Source: Eledone cirrhosa (lineage: Eukaryota). Taken from it: 64,000 nucleotides of DNA. A program made the position numbers and the translations under genes. Where the stretch lies: positions 260,152,001 through 260,216,000 of the forward strand of contig OZ024743.1 in assembly GCA_964016885.1 (NCBI GenBank), read 5' to 3'. Each line of letters opens with the position of its first letter. Positions within the stretch are counted from its first letter, which is position 1. Shown here one piece after another: positions 1 to 14,279 of this stretch. The notes under the pieces were generated by a model that saw only the letters and a list, made by a program, of their open reading frames with translations, was not told the origin of the DNA and did not search any database.

Positions 1-1
1 G

Positions 2-260
2 CTACCAAACCTCGCTGAGAGCTTTACCTTTAACCAGCTGGCGCTGTCCAAACTGACATTGCAGATGAGATCCGCAGTGTTGGATGGTGGTGTCGAGTTC
101 ACTTAGAAGATCTGTGTGGGGGTGATAAGGTGCACCGCGCAGCATGAATAAAAATTTGGGGAGGACGAAGCAGTTCCTCAAGAAGAGCACCAGGTGAGCA
201 TCAATGAGACACAGCCTGTCTGCCATTAGGGACAAATCTGCATGCTTGGTCTCCAGGCAT
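2..260 (-). mobile_element. Small degenerate non-LTR retrotransposon RT-region fragment
   Basis: Peptide LRNCFVLPKFLFMLRGAP resembles the post-RT 'LLR.C...PK..Y.LR..P' segment of RLE-type LINEs; truncated by window edge. Confidence 0.35.
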
Positions 261-1705
261 CATTTACTACCAAATGGAGATAAAAGTTAGAAAAAACAAA
301 ACAACAAAAAAAAAACAATTTCACCCCTGAAACTATTAACTCATGACATTTTACTTGAACGTTTTCATTTAAAAAGCTGAATTAAGAGGAATGTAATTAA
401 ATGTGATAAAAGCCTTTTATATAGACGCTAATCAATACAGAAGCAGTAGTTTATTTGCAGTAAGCTTCTTAAGATATTAGTTTCATGACAGACATATCAA
501 ACAATAATACATTAAATCAAATATATTTTTATCTGGTAAACTCCTCTAGCTAAATTATGAGAAACAAAAAAAAAAAAGTCAAATTCACAGTTAAATATTT
601 AAACCCTTTTGTAACCATATTTCTAATGAAATACACTATATTTCAATTAATTAGTGAACAATTTGGAAACTGGCATTGGTCTGCATTGTAAAAAGTCAAA
701 TCAATAATTTCTTTCCTGATAGTAACATTGGAATTTTCTTCTTGTTTTACACAGACTTGTTCAATCTGTTGTCACAAAATACAATAAACAGGAAAAAAAT
801 GATATACAAGCATCGCTGTGTGGTTAAGAAGTTTTTTTCTGTAACCATATGCTTTGGAGTTCAGTTCATCTACTGTGGAACATTGACTGAATAACCTTCT
901 AGTATTGACTAAGATTGATTAATGACACAGAAATTGTGCAGAAGCCTATTGTATCTATAGATGTGAGTGCATATTTATGTTAGTCTCCATCTCTTTACAT
1001 TAACACTACTTAAAAAACGATGCTGTCTGTTATGTCCCATAACTTAAGAGTTTGACTAAAATATGTATTGGAGCTGATAAGACTGACTCAACCATTCAAA
1101 ATACCCCAGCATGGCCACAGTTCAATAACTGAAATCAATAAAAGAAAAAGAAAATCATTGTTCTTTGATAAAGATCATCTACAAAGTGAAGGCATAGTGG
1201 CTAGGGTGTTGGGCTCACAAGCATAAGGTTGTGGGTTGATTCCTGGACCAGTAGACATATTGTGCTCTGAACAAGATACTTCATATGTTGCTTTTCATAA
1301 TAGAACTGGGTCCCCTATCTCTAAATCACCTTAAAAACCTCCTGCGAGATGCAACCTCATATAAGGCGAGCTAAACTTGCATAGACATAAAATTTCATTT
1401 TTAAAGGGTTCTCTGTAAAAATGTTGGAATATATTATTTATTATGGCAGCATAAATAGCACAAAATATTTTTACATTATCAATTTTTTACTGTTTTTCTT
1501 TTTCTTTATTATTTGGAATAATGATTTTGCCATTTTACAGCATCACTGAGACAGGTATGGCTGAGTGGTAAAGAAGTCCACTTCATAACAGCATTGTTTT
1601 GGGTCCAATCCCACTGAGCAGTCTCTGGGGCAAGTGACTTGATTTGACCAATGACTTATGAGTAGAATTTGGTAAAAAGAAACTTCAGAAGCCCAGTTGT
1701 GTGTA

Positions 1706-4260
1706 ATCATCATCATCATCGTTTAACATCTATCTTCCACGCTAGCATGGGTTTAGACGGGAATTGTCCCACTTGAGGCAAGATTGGTTGTCTCGGTCAT
1801 ATAGGACTGTCTGGCAGGTTTTCTACAGCTGGATGCCCTTCCTAACACCAACCACGTTTACAGGGAAGTTTTTACCGTGTTACCTACACGGCCACATTAC
1901 AGCGTGGACTGTGTGTTTTTTTTGTTGACACCAACACCTCATTTATTTAGGACTGGATATTGTGGTACCAACTTAACAGAGAAAGGGGTGGTGTTGATGG
2001 CGGTGGGTGGGGGCGTATATTTGGTTAAGAGGTGCCTACTGACTGTAAGTTTCACTCGTACATAGGCAAGGCGGGTTTTCTGTATTAATGCGTAGCACCA
2101 AAGATCTCGGTCCAGTGACATTGTCTTAGAGAGGTGTAAGTGTGTAAGGTCGGAATTTATCAAATCGTCCCAGGTTTTTCTGGGTCTGCCTACTCCGTAA
2201 CTTCCATCAATTTTGATCGCCCTGCACTTTTTTATACAGCTGTCATCTTTCATGCGCATCACGTGACCATACCAACGTAGTCTTCTCTCAAGTAAACACC
2301 ATCTGATCCCTCTTATTCCTAATTTCTCACTTAGTTCATTTATGCTTTGCCGTTCACGTATATTACTATTACACATCCAGCGGAGCATGCATGCTTCGTT
2401 CCTCTCCAGTCTGCGCAGATCCTCTGCACACAATACCCATGTCTCACTGCCATGTAACATTGTTGTTCGTATGCATCATAGTCTGCCTTTCATTTTTAGA
2501 GAGAAACCTTTAGTGGCCAATAGTGGTATAAGCTCTCTGAACTTTTTCCATCCAGTTCTGACTCTGGCTACTGTACTTTCAGAGCACCCTCCACCACTGC
2601 TGATTTTGTCACCCAGGTAACGGAAGGTGTCCACTATTTCTACAGAACTATCTGGGCAATAGAAGGAGCTAGTATCCTGTGGGCACTTGCTACTTATTGC
2701 ATCTGAGCACCGGCCACATATAAGAATCTACGTTCTTAGATAGCTTACCTGTGGTCCCACTACATCTTTTATGCACCCATACTTTGCATTTGGGACATAA
2801 AATGGAATTTCTGCTTACTCCTTTCCTACACACTGAGCATGGCCATTTCCAAGAGGAGACCTGTGCCCTATTTTCCTTCCTACATACTAGAACTTTAGTC
2901 TTAGATAAGTTAACTTTAAGGCCTTTTGATTCTAGGCCATGCTTCCATGTTTGGAATTTCTTCTCTAGTTCAGCCATTGATTCAGCTATGAGCGTTAGAT
3001 CATCTGCATATAGAAGTTCAGCCATTGATTCAGCTATGAGCGTTAGATCATCTGCATATAGAAGTTCCCATGGGCAGCCGGTCTTGAACTCCTCTGTTAT
3101 AGCCTGAAAGGCAATAATAAATAGGAGGGGGCTAAGGACAGAGCCCTGATAAAAACCAACTTTTACGCTAAATTCTTCACTATATTCGTTAATTCTAACC
3201 TTGCTGGCTGTTTCTTTATACATGGCTTGTATAGCTCTCACAAGCCATTCAACAACACCTAGTTTTCTAAGGGCCCACCAGATAATGGCACGGGGGGGGG
3301 GGGGGGAGCTGTCAAAGGCTTTCTCCAAGTCAACAAAAGCTAAGTATAGGGGTTTACTTTTAGCTAGGTAATTCTGTAGTTGTCGTACAAGGAAAAAGGC
3401 ATCTGTGGTACTTTTACCTGACACAAACCAAAACTGCATTTCATCTAGATCAATTCGCTCTCTGATTAGTTGTGCTATAACTTTTTCTTTGACCTTCATG
3501 ACCTGGTCAGTTAATTTAATGCCTCTATAGTTTCCACTATCTAGGTCATCTCCTTTACCCTTGTAGCAGTTAATGATGATGCTGCTACGCCAGTCATTTG
3601 GTATGACCCCGTTCTGTATGACTTGGTTTACTATCCGGGTGACCATAGTGTGTCCCACCGTTCCAGATGCTTTCAGCATTTCAGCAACTATCTCTGAAGG
3701 CCCAGCTGCCTTACCTGTCTTCATATCTTTGATTGCCTTACTTATTATACTACATTCAACTTGCACTGCTGGTCCCTCTATTGGATCGATTTGGGGCAGA
3801 CTATCTTTTTCCCATTTATTCTCATTTAGTAGCCTCTCGTAGTGACACTTCCAAGCTACCTTCTTATCAGCATCAGTGATGGCAAGTACACCATCATCAT
3901 TAGACACACTACTCCCCGACAATATCACGGTTTTCCTTGACACATTGCCTAGCAATCCTGAATACGCCACGCTTTTGGTCGCGTTGTAGAACATGCTTGA
4001 ACTTTCTTTCCTCTGCTTCCCTTCTTGCAAAGTACACTTGTCTCCTAGCTTCTCTCCTGGCCACTTGATAGTGTTCTCTACTTCCCCCATCCCGCCATAC
4101 TTTCCAGGCCTGCTTTTTGGCCTTGATTGACTCCTCCTCCTTACTGTTCCACCACCACGTTACTCTCCTCCTGCCTATAGGTCTGCTCCAGCCACAGATT
4201 TCATCTGTTGCCTTCAACAGGTTAACTTATAGATATTCCCACTGTTCCTCTATATTGTAC
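1706..4260 (-). mobile_element. RTE-clade LINE, 5'-truncated, frameshifted
   Basis: ORFs 3909-4217, 2690-4090 and 1939-2460 give TWWWN, NYRGIKL, AFVDLEKAFD, QGSVLSPLLF, LLYADD, MLHGSETW, RLRWYGHVMR, GRPRKTW; (CAT)n tail at about 1708-1720. Confidence 0.93.
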
Positions 4261-4399
4261 ATCTCTAATTGCTCTTCCTTACTCAAGTAATATGCTTTTA
4301 TATATTTCTATAGGGGTATACCCACAAAATATCAGGTAGTAAAATATTTCTATATGGGTATACCCACAAAATGTGAAGTAGTGAAATATTTCTACAGGG

Positions 4400-5736
4400 A
4401 TAGGGCAAACGCATTATATTTATACTTGGCACATCAGCCAAAATCAGACATGGTGTTGGCTAGGAAAGGTGCAAAGCAAGTTAACCAGGCTATTGGAGGA
4501 TCTGCAACAGGTGTGGTGCTACTATCATATATAGTTTACAAGGGAAAGAATCTGTATCATGATTGGACCCAGAGTGGACCAAAGAGGGTCTGTTATACAA
4601 CAAGGTAAAAAAGCTGGATGGAGGGTCCCCAATTCCATGACTGGTTTAAGATATGTCTGAAGGAAAGAGAGCACCTTTGACACCAACCAAGAATAATTAT
4701 TTGCGATGGCCATGCTTCCGACCTGACTCTTTCCTTGATCAAAGAGGCCAAGGAAAACAATGTAATCATTCTCCAACTTCGTGCTCAACTGGCGCATCTG
4801 CTGCAGCCTTTTGACAAGTCCGTCTTCTGACCTGTTAAACTGTGTTGGCAACAAGTGCTGTGCGAGTATGCCAGGACATACAATGGACCTGTATCAAAGA
4901 AATGTTTCCCTGGCCTCCTAAAAAAAACTGTATGCCAAGTAATTCACACCAGATCAATTCAAGGTTTAGAGCCTGTGGGATCTTCCCTTTTAACTCTGAT
5001 GTTGTGCCACAACATGAATTGGAACCATCCCCATTTATAGCTCCACCAGTTCCAACACCAGTGGCACCATCAACCGCAACAATATTGACAGAAAATTCCA
5101 TGAACATAATGAACGTCTTCCTACAGCGCTTACAGCCCCGTTTCTCTGGCAACAATGGAACTGGAAGGGGCTGTTCTGCAAAGATACAGAGATTTTGGTA
5201 TGGGGAGAACCTGACTGATGATGGATGTGATGCATGTTTACTTGAGGAGGAAAGCGGATTCCACTCAACATGGTCGTAGAAGACGTAGGAGAGGTACAGA
5301 AAATAGGTGTAGGTCAACACGTCCTCCCTCATACCCATCATCTTTTTCCAATGAAGATGACACTCCCTGCAACAAGTATAAAAAATCTAGTGGGTGAACG
5401 TTGGATTTCATGTGATAAGTGGTACCACATGAACTGTGTTGGTCTCCCTTGCACTCCAGGGGAGATGGAAGAGGAGGAATGGGTGTGCGATAACTGCACC
5501 CAGTAGGCCTAAATTGGAACTAAAACATTATGAACTTGAGTCTTGAGCCTAATGCCTCGCACGTGTGGGTAATAAGCCCCACATAAACGACACCGTTTTA
5601 AAATAAATGCATTTTTTTTCAAGAAATTTGACAACAATGTGTTTGTTCTGATTAGTTTGTTTAGCTTTCCTTTCTATGGCTTAAAAAAAATGTTTAAATC
5701 AAAAAGTGTGGAGCTTAATGCTCCATATTTGCCCTA
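4400..5736 (+). mobile_element. Degenerate pogo/Tigger-like DDE DNA transposon with C-terminal PHD-like finger
   Basis: Broken frames read GWMEGPQFHDWF, AHLLQPFDKSV, FRACGIFPFN, then CDKWYHMNCVG...WVCDNC; inverted ends tagggcaaa (4401) / tttgcccta (about 5728-5736); flanked by copies of a ~40-bp local repeat. Confidence 0.7.
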
Positions 5737-6259
5737 CACATACAAAATGTGAGGTAGTAAAATATTAATATAGGAGTATCTTAAGATGATTACTTAATAT
5801 TTATCCATTATTAGTCATTAAGGTACTCGCTATTAGGTTGGACTCTTCTGGTAGCGGGATTTATTGGTGAAAGCACATTCACAGAAATGTTGTGAGACGA
5901 TGCATTCGGTTTAATAGTTCTCTAATGGTTTACTCATCGGTATAGCGCCAGACAATATTCGAGTACAATAAAATATGCACACGTAAATTCTCTTGTACCG
6001 GTAACTCCTGATGGGGTCATAGGGGCGCGTTAGTTAGTGACATACAGCGTTTCTTCGGCATTTTCTAAACCTGGCAGAGCCAAGGGAGAAAAAGATAAGA
6101 ATCAACCTCAGCATTCTATTTGACGTTCTAATACCTGCGAAATAGCCGATACATAAAAGACGCATGCACACGTGCATATTTTGATATAGCGGATATTCAT
6201 AATGAAATAACGGTTATTGCGCATGTACAAAATTGTTAATTGAATGGGGCCGTTAGATA

Positions 6260-6850
6260 ATTTAGGCACAAAGCCAGTAATTTACGGTGGAATTATATCG
6301 ACCCCACCCCCCACCCCAGTGTTTTTTTGCTATATTTTATCACCTCGGATGGACGAAAGGCAGAGTTGACACTCGGTGAGATTGGAACTCAGAATGTAAA
6401 GAACCGTAACTAAAAGCGGCAAAGCATTTTGTCCATCGTGAAAACCGATTTGTTTTGCGTTTTTTTTTTTTTTTGTTATTTTGTCATGAGGGACAGGCGT
6501 TTAAGACGAAGGTTGGGAGAGTCGCAGTCGAATTAATCATAGTACTTTATATATTTATTTTACCCACCCTACATTTCTTCAAATAAATACGTAAATAAAA
6601 GAGGCAATGACTATGGTGATTTTTTAATTTAAAAGTAAAGGAACGATGATGCTAATAATAATTGTTTCTACTTTTGGCACAAGGCCAGCAATTATCCTAG
6701 TACATTACTGGTACTTTATTTTATCGACCCCGTAAAGATGAAAGGCCAACATATTGGGGGAAGAGGAAAGTCGATTAAATCGACCCCAGTGTGTTTACTG
6801 ATGCTTTGTTTTATTGACTAAATAAGGATGAGTGGCAAAGCTGCTAATAA
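6260..6850 (-). mobile_element. Cluster of partial, diverged tRNA-derived SINE copies
   Basis: ggcacaaggccagcaatt...ggtactttattttatcgacccc...gatgaaaggc blocks match the SINE at 11.1-11.66 kb. Confidence 0.75.
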
Positions 6851-8444
6851 GTATGTTATCTATCTGGGCATTTCTAGCTCAGCTTGGTCTACCCTCGATA
6901 AAAGTCAGTTACTGCTTCAAACAGAATAACATTCTAAAATACTGGCAATTGTCAGCAATCTATTGTTCTACCCTGTTTAATAGAGCAGGATCATAGATAA
7001 CGAGGTGTTTGTCATCATTTTTGGTTAGCTATACAAAGGCATCAGGTGATGTTCGTGAGGGTGCTTGGTTATAGTTTTACCGATGTATAAGATGATACAC
7101 ATAGTGAAGGTGCTTAGTTATTCAAGCGCCCTAATCTCGCTATTACCCGCGGTAAATCCTGCCAATGTTAGCTTGCCTCAAAAGTATAAGAGAGAGGTTA
7201 CGGTGATGTGCGACCGATTGAGACATTATTTAACATAAGGTGCATTATTTAACACATCTAAAATGAAGGACCATTTAAATAGGATATACACCTGGTCTTT
7301 ACTGTTTAGTATACATGTCTATATGAACATGTTCAGTTTACTGTGCAGTTTACCTGGACTCAATTCTTTAATATGCAGTATATCTGAACAAAAACCGACC
7401 TTAAAACGGTATATTTATGCTATATTTATGTCAACAAGCGATTTCATTTGAAACGGACCTCTTTAGAAAAATAAATATTAACAAGGGAACAAAAATTTAA
7501 AAAATAAATGTAATAACAATAAGGGTTTCTTTTATATAATAATAAAAAAAAATGTGAACATGAACAAACCTGCCCAGTCGCCCATGGACTTCAACCGTCG
7601 TAACCAACCGGCATGTTTGGAAAAGAAAGACTGAGTAGCAGCTAATATTAATGATGTCATTAAACGACACACAACTACAGAATATACAATAAAACCAAAA
7701 CAAGAGAAATATTCGTTGGTAGAGCCTAGAAAACCCCGAACGGTACTGGTAAATTCCTCATGCATTGTGTACTTGTTCTTGTCTTTCGTAATTCTAATAA
7801 GATGTACAAATGTCTTGGTGTATTTTTTTATGTCAGATTTCCCGACAACAGCATGCTATACGCAAAGCAGAGAAGCGGAACTTGTAGATAGACTTCACAC
7901 TTAGCGACACCCGGCGGTGTTTTTGAGAAACACAACCATAGCTCATAGAATATCCCGGACATACACATGTTGATACTCTCTCTCCCCCTCTAGTGAGAGG
8001 CATGATAGTTACATGTATTTCCATTTAATCTTATATATTTGTTATATGATAATATATATATATGAGAAAAAATAACATTGTTAAAATTTCGTTAATAAAA
8101 ATATTTATTTTGCTAAGTCACTGCAAATAAATGAGTAATGAATTCTATAATATTCATGATTACAAAAAAAAAAAGCATAAAATAACGGAAGAAATGTAGA
8201 CTACAACAGATGTTATGTTGCCCTATAGAGACTCATAAAATAAGCCAAGAAACGGTACTGTTGCATGTGATAGAAAGACTAAGGTACTAGCATAGACAAG
8301 TCCCCTAACAAGGAACATCTAATACTTCAGTTAACTGTGCCACAATGGCTTACTAAGTGTGAATGGGTGGTAGTCAGAGGCTCCAGAATATTCAAAGGGT
8401 CCAAAATTATTATTATTTTATTTATTTATTTGTTACTATATAGA

Positions 8445-8835
8445 ATTGTTTCTACTTTTGGCATAAGGCCAGCAATTTGAAAGGAAGAGGAAAGTCAATT
8501 ATATACACTCCAGTACGTTAATAGTATTTTATTTTATTGACCCCGTTTCAATGAAAGGCGAAGCTAACCTCGGCGGAATTTGGACTCAGAACATAAAGGG
8601 GAGTAACTATGAGCCGGTTGTCTGACACTCTACCTGTTTTGCCAATCCACCACCCTTATATTACCATAAATAATTGTTTCTACTTTTAGGCACAAGGCCA
8701 GCAATTAGCCAGTGCATTACTGGTATTTTATTTTATCGACCCCGTAAGGATGAAAGGCAAAGTCAACCTCGGCGGGATTTGAACTCAGATCGTAAAGGGA
8801 CGTAACTATGCTGGAAAGCATGGCGTCCGACCCTG
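8445..8835 (-). mobile_element. Two tRNA-derived SINE copies
   Basis: Same SINE consensus including the B-box complement ggatttgaactc. Confidence 0.85.
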
Positions 8836-10084
8836 ACATTTTCATCCAGGGACCCCATGGAAACTTAATCTGCTCCTACCGAGCTACTAACACGGTCAAA
8901 AACATCGTTATCAACGCCCAGCTACTCCGTACCTCCCGAATGTCACACGTACACTCAGTTGGTAATCAATACAGTCATAGCTAACCTTCAATCGCATTGA
9001 TATAATTTATACTGAGGCAGCGAGGTTATCATTAATTCAGTCTTGAGTCCAAGGTACACATTTCATATAGGAGTGTTATGGGAAACTTCGTGAATAAATG
9101 CATAATTGGACATGATGTAGGAAAAATGACCCAGCAACGCTGACGATGAATAAAATGAATTCATTTATAATGCGTACATAACGCATTATCTACGTTCTCT
9201 AGCTTGTGTACACGAAACAGCTATAACGAACTAATTTCTATGTGCATAAAAGTTGGGTATTCTTTCTCCGATACAAATCTAAGGAGACTAGAAATTATTC
9301 CAATCAATATCTATTTTTTACCCTTGTTAAAAGATAGATAAAACATGTGAGATTCTGCTCCCGTGTGCAATTTTTCTTCTCACCTAAGAACCCGAAATTC
9401 CTGGTGGAGTCATAGAGGCGCCACTGTGTAATACAGCGTTTCTTGGGCATTCTAAAACCTGGCGGAGCCAGCTCCTCTCCAAGTTTGATCACTGAAATTT
9501 CTTCCAGAGAATAAGAGTTTGTGTCAGAGAGGAAGTATAGAGGAAAGATTGACCCAGTACTAATCTGGTATTTTTTTTATCAACCGTAGAAAGATGAAAA
9601 GCAAAGTTTACTTCGGCGGGATTTTAACTTAGAGCACAGAGCTGCAACTAATATCACCCATTGTTTACGTTGACTAAAAATATCAATGAACTAGTTTTAT
9701 TGAAGTTGTCTCCCTTGCTACTTAAAAAAAAAAAATGAACCACCATAGATTTTCATCTATGAATTGCATGAAAAATCTCCTCACTATAGCATTGTATTTA
9801 GTATTCAGAACACCCAGCCTTACTGACATTCATTATCAACGTTGCTAAGTAACGGGGCATAATAGGGACACAACAAAAAACCGCAAATGTAAACACAGAT
9901 ACAGACAGGCTCACATATGTGTATATTTAGCAGGCTTTTGTAAATATTGATCAACGCGAGATTGAATCCGAAATAGGGGGTGGTGAAGTGCACAATTTTA
10001 CATTTCAAGAGGCAGAAATACGTCAATAATTTTATCTATGATGGGAGGCAACTCCTTAATGTTTTCAATTTATTATGTCCCATT

Positions 10085-10243
10085 AATAATTGTTTCTACT
10101 TTAGGCACAAGGCCAGCATATAACCAGTGCATTACTGGTACTTTATTTTATCGACCCCGTAAGGATGAAAGACAAAGTCAACCTCGGCGGGATTTGAAGT
10201 CAGATCATAAAGGGACGTAACTATGCTGGAAAGCATGGCGTCC
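10085..10243 (-). mobile_element. tRNA-derived SINE, 5'-truncated
   Basis: Matches the SINE consensus. Confidence 0.85.
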
Positions 10244-10847
10244 CATTAATAATGAGACTGTAAAGACGTTATTTACTACACAGGTAACTGTACAATTCAG
10301 CAACTGAAAGAATTATTTATTTTTTCATGGGTTCCAATAATTAGACTATTGCCATGCTGGGGTACCGCCTTGATTTAGTCAATCATATCGACCTCAATAA
10401 TATTTTTTTTCAAGTTTATCAATCTTTTTTATCGAATCGCTAGCTTATGAGAAATAAACGCTGACTCACATTTTTTTCTTATTCATCTAAATGATTCAGT
10501 CAGTTGATGGTGGCCATGCTGGGGCAGTGTTTTGTTTTTGTTTTCAAAGTCCTGTACTTAGTTTAACGATCTCATTTTTTGTGTCGAACCGCTATGTTAC
10601 GGACACGCATGCGCACACACGCACGCGCACTCACGCACGCGCACACACGCACACATTCCTGATGATTTTATATTAATGATATAGTTCTAGTCCTGTAAAA
10701 TTCATTTCTACTTGTATTCTACCAACGTATTGAGTACACACACACACATACACACATATATATATAATAAATATTCGCTCTACGGTTCTTATATATTTGA
10801 TATATATTTATCCTTATCGAGCCCTCTTTGGATTTTAGTCTTCAAAT

Positions 10848-10888
<41 letters not shown>

Positions 10889-11096
10889 GATAGATATATG
10901 CTTGGTGGTCACCCATCTGTCCAGCTCGTTTGTATCCTAGCATATCACGAAAAAATTATACATCTCGTATACATTTTCTTTAAGAGGACATGTTTTGCTT
11001 TATGTTATACATGAAACTTTACATCTTCGAAATATATATAATAAATAACAGAGATGATATAAAGTATATATCTTTCGTTCATTATTTTGGTGAATT

Positions 11097-11674
11097 GGCG
11101 GTGGATTGGCAGTATTGGTAGAGGGTCGGACGCCATGCTTTGACGTATAGAGTTACGGCCCTTGCCTTTCTGAGTTCAAATCCCGCCAAGGTTAACTTTG
11201 CCTTTCATCCTTACGGGGTCGATAAAATAAAGTACCAGTAATGCACTGGGTGATTGCTGGCCTTGTGCTTAACGTAGAAACAATTATTTTGGTGAATTGG
11301 CAGTATCGGTAGAGGGTTGGACGCCATGCTTTCTAGCATAGTTACGTCCCTTTACTATTTGAGTTCAAATCCCGCCGAGGTTAACTTTGCCTTTCATCCT
11401 TACGGGGTCGATAAAATAAAGTACCAGTCATGTACTGGGTATTTGCTGGCCTTGTGCCTACAGTAGAAACAATTATTTTGGTAGTATCGGTATAGGGTCG
11501 GACGCCATGCTTTCCAGCATAGTTACATCCCTTTACGATCTGAGTTCAAATCCCGCCGAGGTTGACTTTGCCTTTCATCCTTACGTGGTCGATAAAATAA
11601 AGTACCAGTAATGTACTGGTGTAATTGCTGGCCTTGTGCCAAAAGTAGAAACAATTATTATTATTATTATTATT
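11097..11674 (+). mobile_element. Head-to-tail trimer of a ~190-bp tRNA-derived SINE
   Basis: A-box-like TGGCAGTATCGG, B-box GAGTTCAAATCC, central gcctttcatccttacggggtcgataaaataaagtacc, tail agaaacaatta(tta)n; three consecutive units. Confidence 0.9.
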
Positions 11675-12482
11675 CAACTAGCCAATCTCTTCGGAAGCAC
11701 TTTCGGGCCGGGGCCATGGACAATTTCCAGAAATCCCTAGCCTGGCAATGTTACCGAGGAGCTGTGCCAGTTCGGGATAAACTCTACAGGCATGGAAGTG
11801 CCGTCAGCCGGGCATGTCCGAGATGCGCGCAGGGCGACGAAACTGTCCTGCATGCACTCGTCCAGTGTCCGAGCATTAATGACGTGTGGGTTTATGTTGA
11901 ACACCTGCTGTCGCGTGTAGAATGGATCCAGCTATCAGCTGAGTCCATCGTAAGGATTGACCCGCCCTCTTCCTTTAGCCGGGAAGGCAGTTTTTATCTG
12001 TCTGGTGGCCATGGCGAAAGAGATAGTATGGTGGACACGTCTGAAAGGGCTGAAGATGAGCACTTACCTCTTCAGTGATGCCCTGATTAACTTTTTCAAA
12101 TTTCATTTGAAAAGGAAGATCAGGGTAGAGAGGGAAGTGCTCTCTTCCCAGCATTTTGTTGAAAGATGGGTGAGAGAGGGAAGAATGGCCCGAGTGAATA
12201 GGCTTACTCCGAGTATATGCCTGTAAATTGAAGGTGGAAAACTTGGAGAGGGCACTTGCCCTGGTGGTCAGGGTCACCGTGGCTTTTTTAATGGGCTTTC
12301 TCCACGATGGCCCTCGGAAGTCTACCCCTATTGGTGAAATTTGTTCATTGTTCTTTTTTTTTGTTACATCCTCTGTTTTTTTTTGTTTTACACGCAGAAA
12401 TACCTATTTTCACCGTCCTGTATTGTCCTGTACTGTCCTTAATGTCTACGTTGTGTAAACCCTTGTGGTTAATAAAGAAACC
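11675..12482 (+). mobile_element. Tx1-like LINE 3' fragment inside an (ATT)n tract
   Basis: MDNFQKSLAWQCYRGAVPVRDKL...CPRC...ETVLHALVQC is homologous to 56208-56897; ends aataaagaaa; (tta)n on both sides. Confidence 0.9.
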
Positions 12483-12502
12483 ATTATTATTATTATTATT
12501 AC

Positions 12503-12544
<42 letters not shown>

Positions 12545-13334
12545 TGAAAAAGTGAGTCCTTCATCAGTGACCCTCCAACCGTCCTCGGCATTTCATCGCT
12601 TTAAGGGCCATATGCCTCAGGTTGGTGCGAACAACGGCTAAAAAAAGTCGTTGGGACACGTAAATAAAGGGGGACGCTAGAGTAACAACAAAAAGGTTTA
12701 AGCAACGGAAAGTGAGTAGAAATAGACAAGTCCCAGATCTCTATGAATATAAACTCTGTGAAATCGTGAATGGTATGGAATTTTTTTCTCTCTCTCTTTC
12801 GTCTGCGACTTCACAAAAGCTTGCGTTTACCGAATTCGTAGACCAGACCCCCTTATCTTCTTCTTCTTCTTCTTCTTCTTCTTCTTCTTCTTCTTCTTCT
12901 TCTTCTTCTTCTTCTTCTTCTTCTTCTTCTTCTTCTTCTTCTTCCTCTTCTCTCCTTTTTCTTTCTCTCTCTCTCTCTTTTTTCCCCCCCGTCAAACTTG
13001 GACGAAATTCTTTCCTTGCTCACATTTCAACCAGGTTTGATGGTCTTTCGTCTCTTGTTCACGATTTCACAGAGTTTATATTCATAGAGATCTGGGACTT
13101 GTCTATTTCTACTCACTTTCCGTTGCTTAAACCTTTTTGTTGTTACTCTAGCGTCCCCCTTTATTTACGTCCCCCTTTATTGACTTTTTTTAGCCGTTGT
13201 TCGCACCAACCTGAGGCATATGGCCCTTAAAGCGATGAAATGCCGAGGACGGTTGGAGGGTCACTGATGAAGGACTCACTTTTTCATATGTATCCCATTT
13301 GCAACGCCGCAGCTCCATTATTATCATCATATTT

Positions 13335-13340
<6 letters not shown>
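12545..13340 (+). mobile_element. TA-embedded fold-back element, family F (CTGATGAAGGAC family)
   Basis: 12545-12772 is the reverse complement of about 13058-13288; internal (TTC)n; same family as 49453-50298. Confidence 0.8.
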
Positions 13341-13386
<46 letters not shown>

Positions 13387-13631
13387 TAGCGAGAATCGCA
13401 TTTCGGCTATTGGAAATTAGCGAAAAACAACTTTCGAGATGTGTGGCAAGCGCTCCATATAAACTAGTGAACTAGAGCAATAACGCACATTAAAAGGCCA
13501 AACACACTGAGACGATGGTTAAACCATTATCCGCAAAGCCATAGAAACGACCAAGCTATTCAAACAAATAATAAAATATGATGAATATATATATATATAT
13601 ATATAATATATATATATATATATTATTAGGT

Positions 13632-13830
13632 AGGGCATCAGACAACATGCTTTGCGGCATATAGTTTCGTCCCTTTATGTTTTGACTTCAATCCAATGCC
13701 GCCGAGGCTGGCTTTGCCTTTCACCCGTATAGCGTCCATAAAATAAAGTACCAGTGACACACTGGGCCGATTTAATCGACTTTGCCGTCCTCTCAAGATA
13801 TTTGGCTTTGTGCCTAAATCAGAAACCATT
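13632..13830 (+). mobile_element. Diverged tRNA-derived SINE
   Basis: gctttgcctttcacccg...ataaaataaagtaccagt...ggctttgtgcctaaa. Confidence 0.7.
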
Positions 13831-14060
13831 ATAATTATTATCAGTATTATCATCGTTGTCATCATCATCAACATCATCATCATCATCATCACTACCATCA
13901 TCATCACCACGACCATCATCATCATCATCATCATCATATGAATGAAATAGTTCTGGTCCTGTAGAAGTCGTTTCTATATAAAATAAAGATATCTATACTC
14001 TACTTGAGTACCTTTTTAATCACTGGTGTCCTCACGATACCCATCGAGAACCGACGCATA

Positions 14061-14094
<34 letters not shown>

Positions 14095-14279
14095 TAGAAG
14101 GGGTATTTAATTTGTTGAAAGTCCGACAAATATAAATGTTTATAACTGATTTAGAGCACTCAACAAGTTACTGGAGTAAATATTCAATGATACTAAATAA
14201 ATGGAAACTATATTTATTTTATTATAAAAACTATATTATAAAAACTATATTTATAAAACCATATTTATTTTATTATATA

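Noticed and set aside
5270-5506. Host PHD-finger gene
   Set aside because: Lies within the terminal repeats of a decayed pogo-like transposon
11097-11290. tRNA genes
   Set aside because: A/B boxes belong to SINE heads; no cloverleaf found
13382-13590. HHR in the TA-flanked family at 13.4 and 23.7 kb
   Set aside because: The repeat is real but core halves and stems could not be assembled
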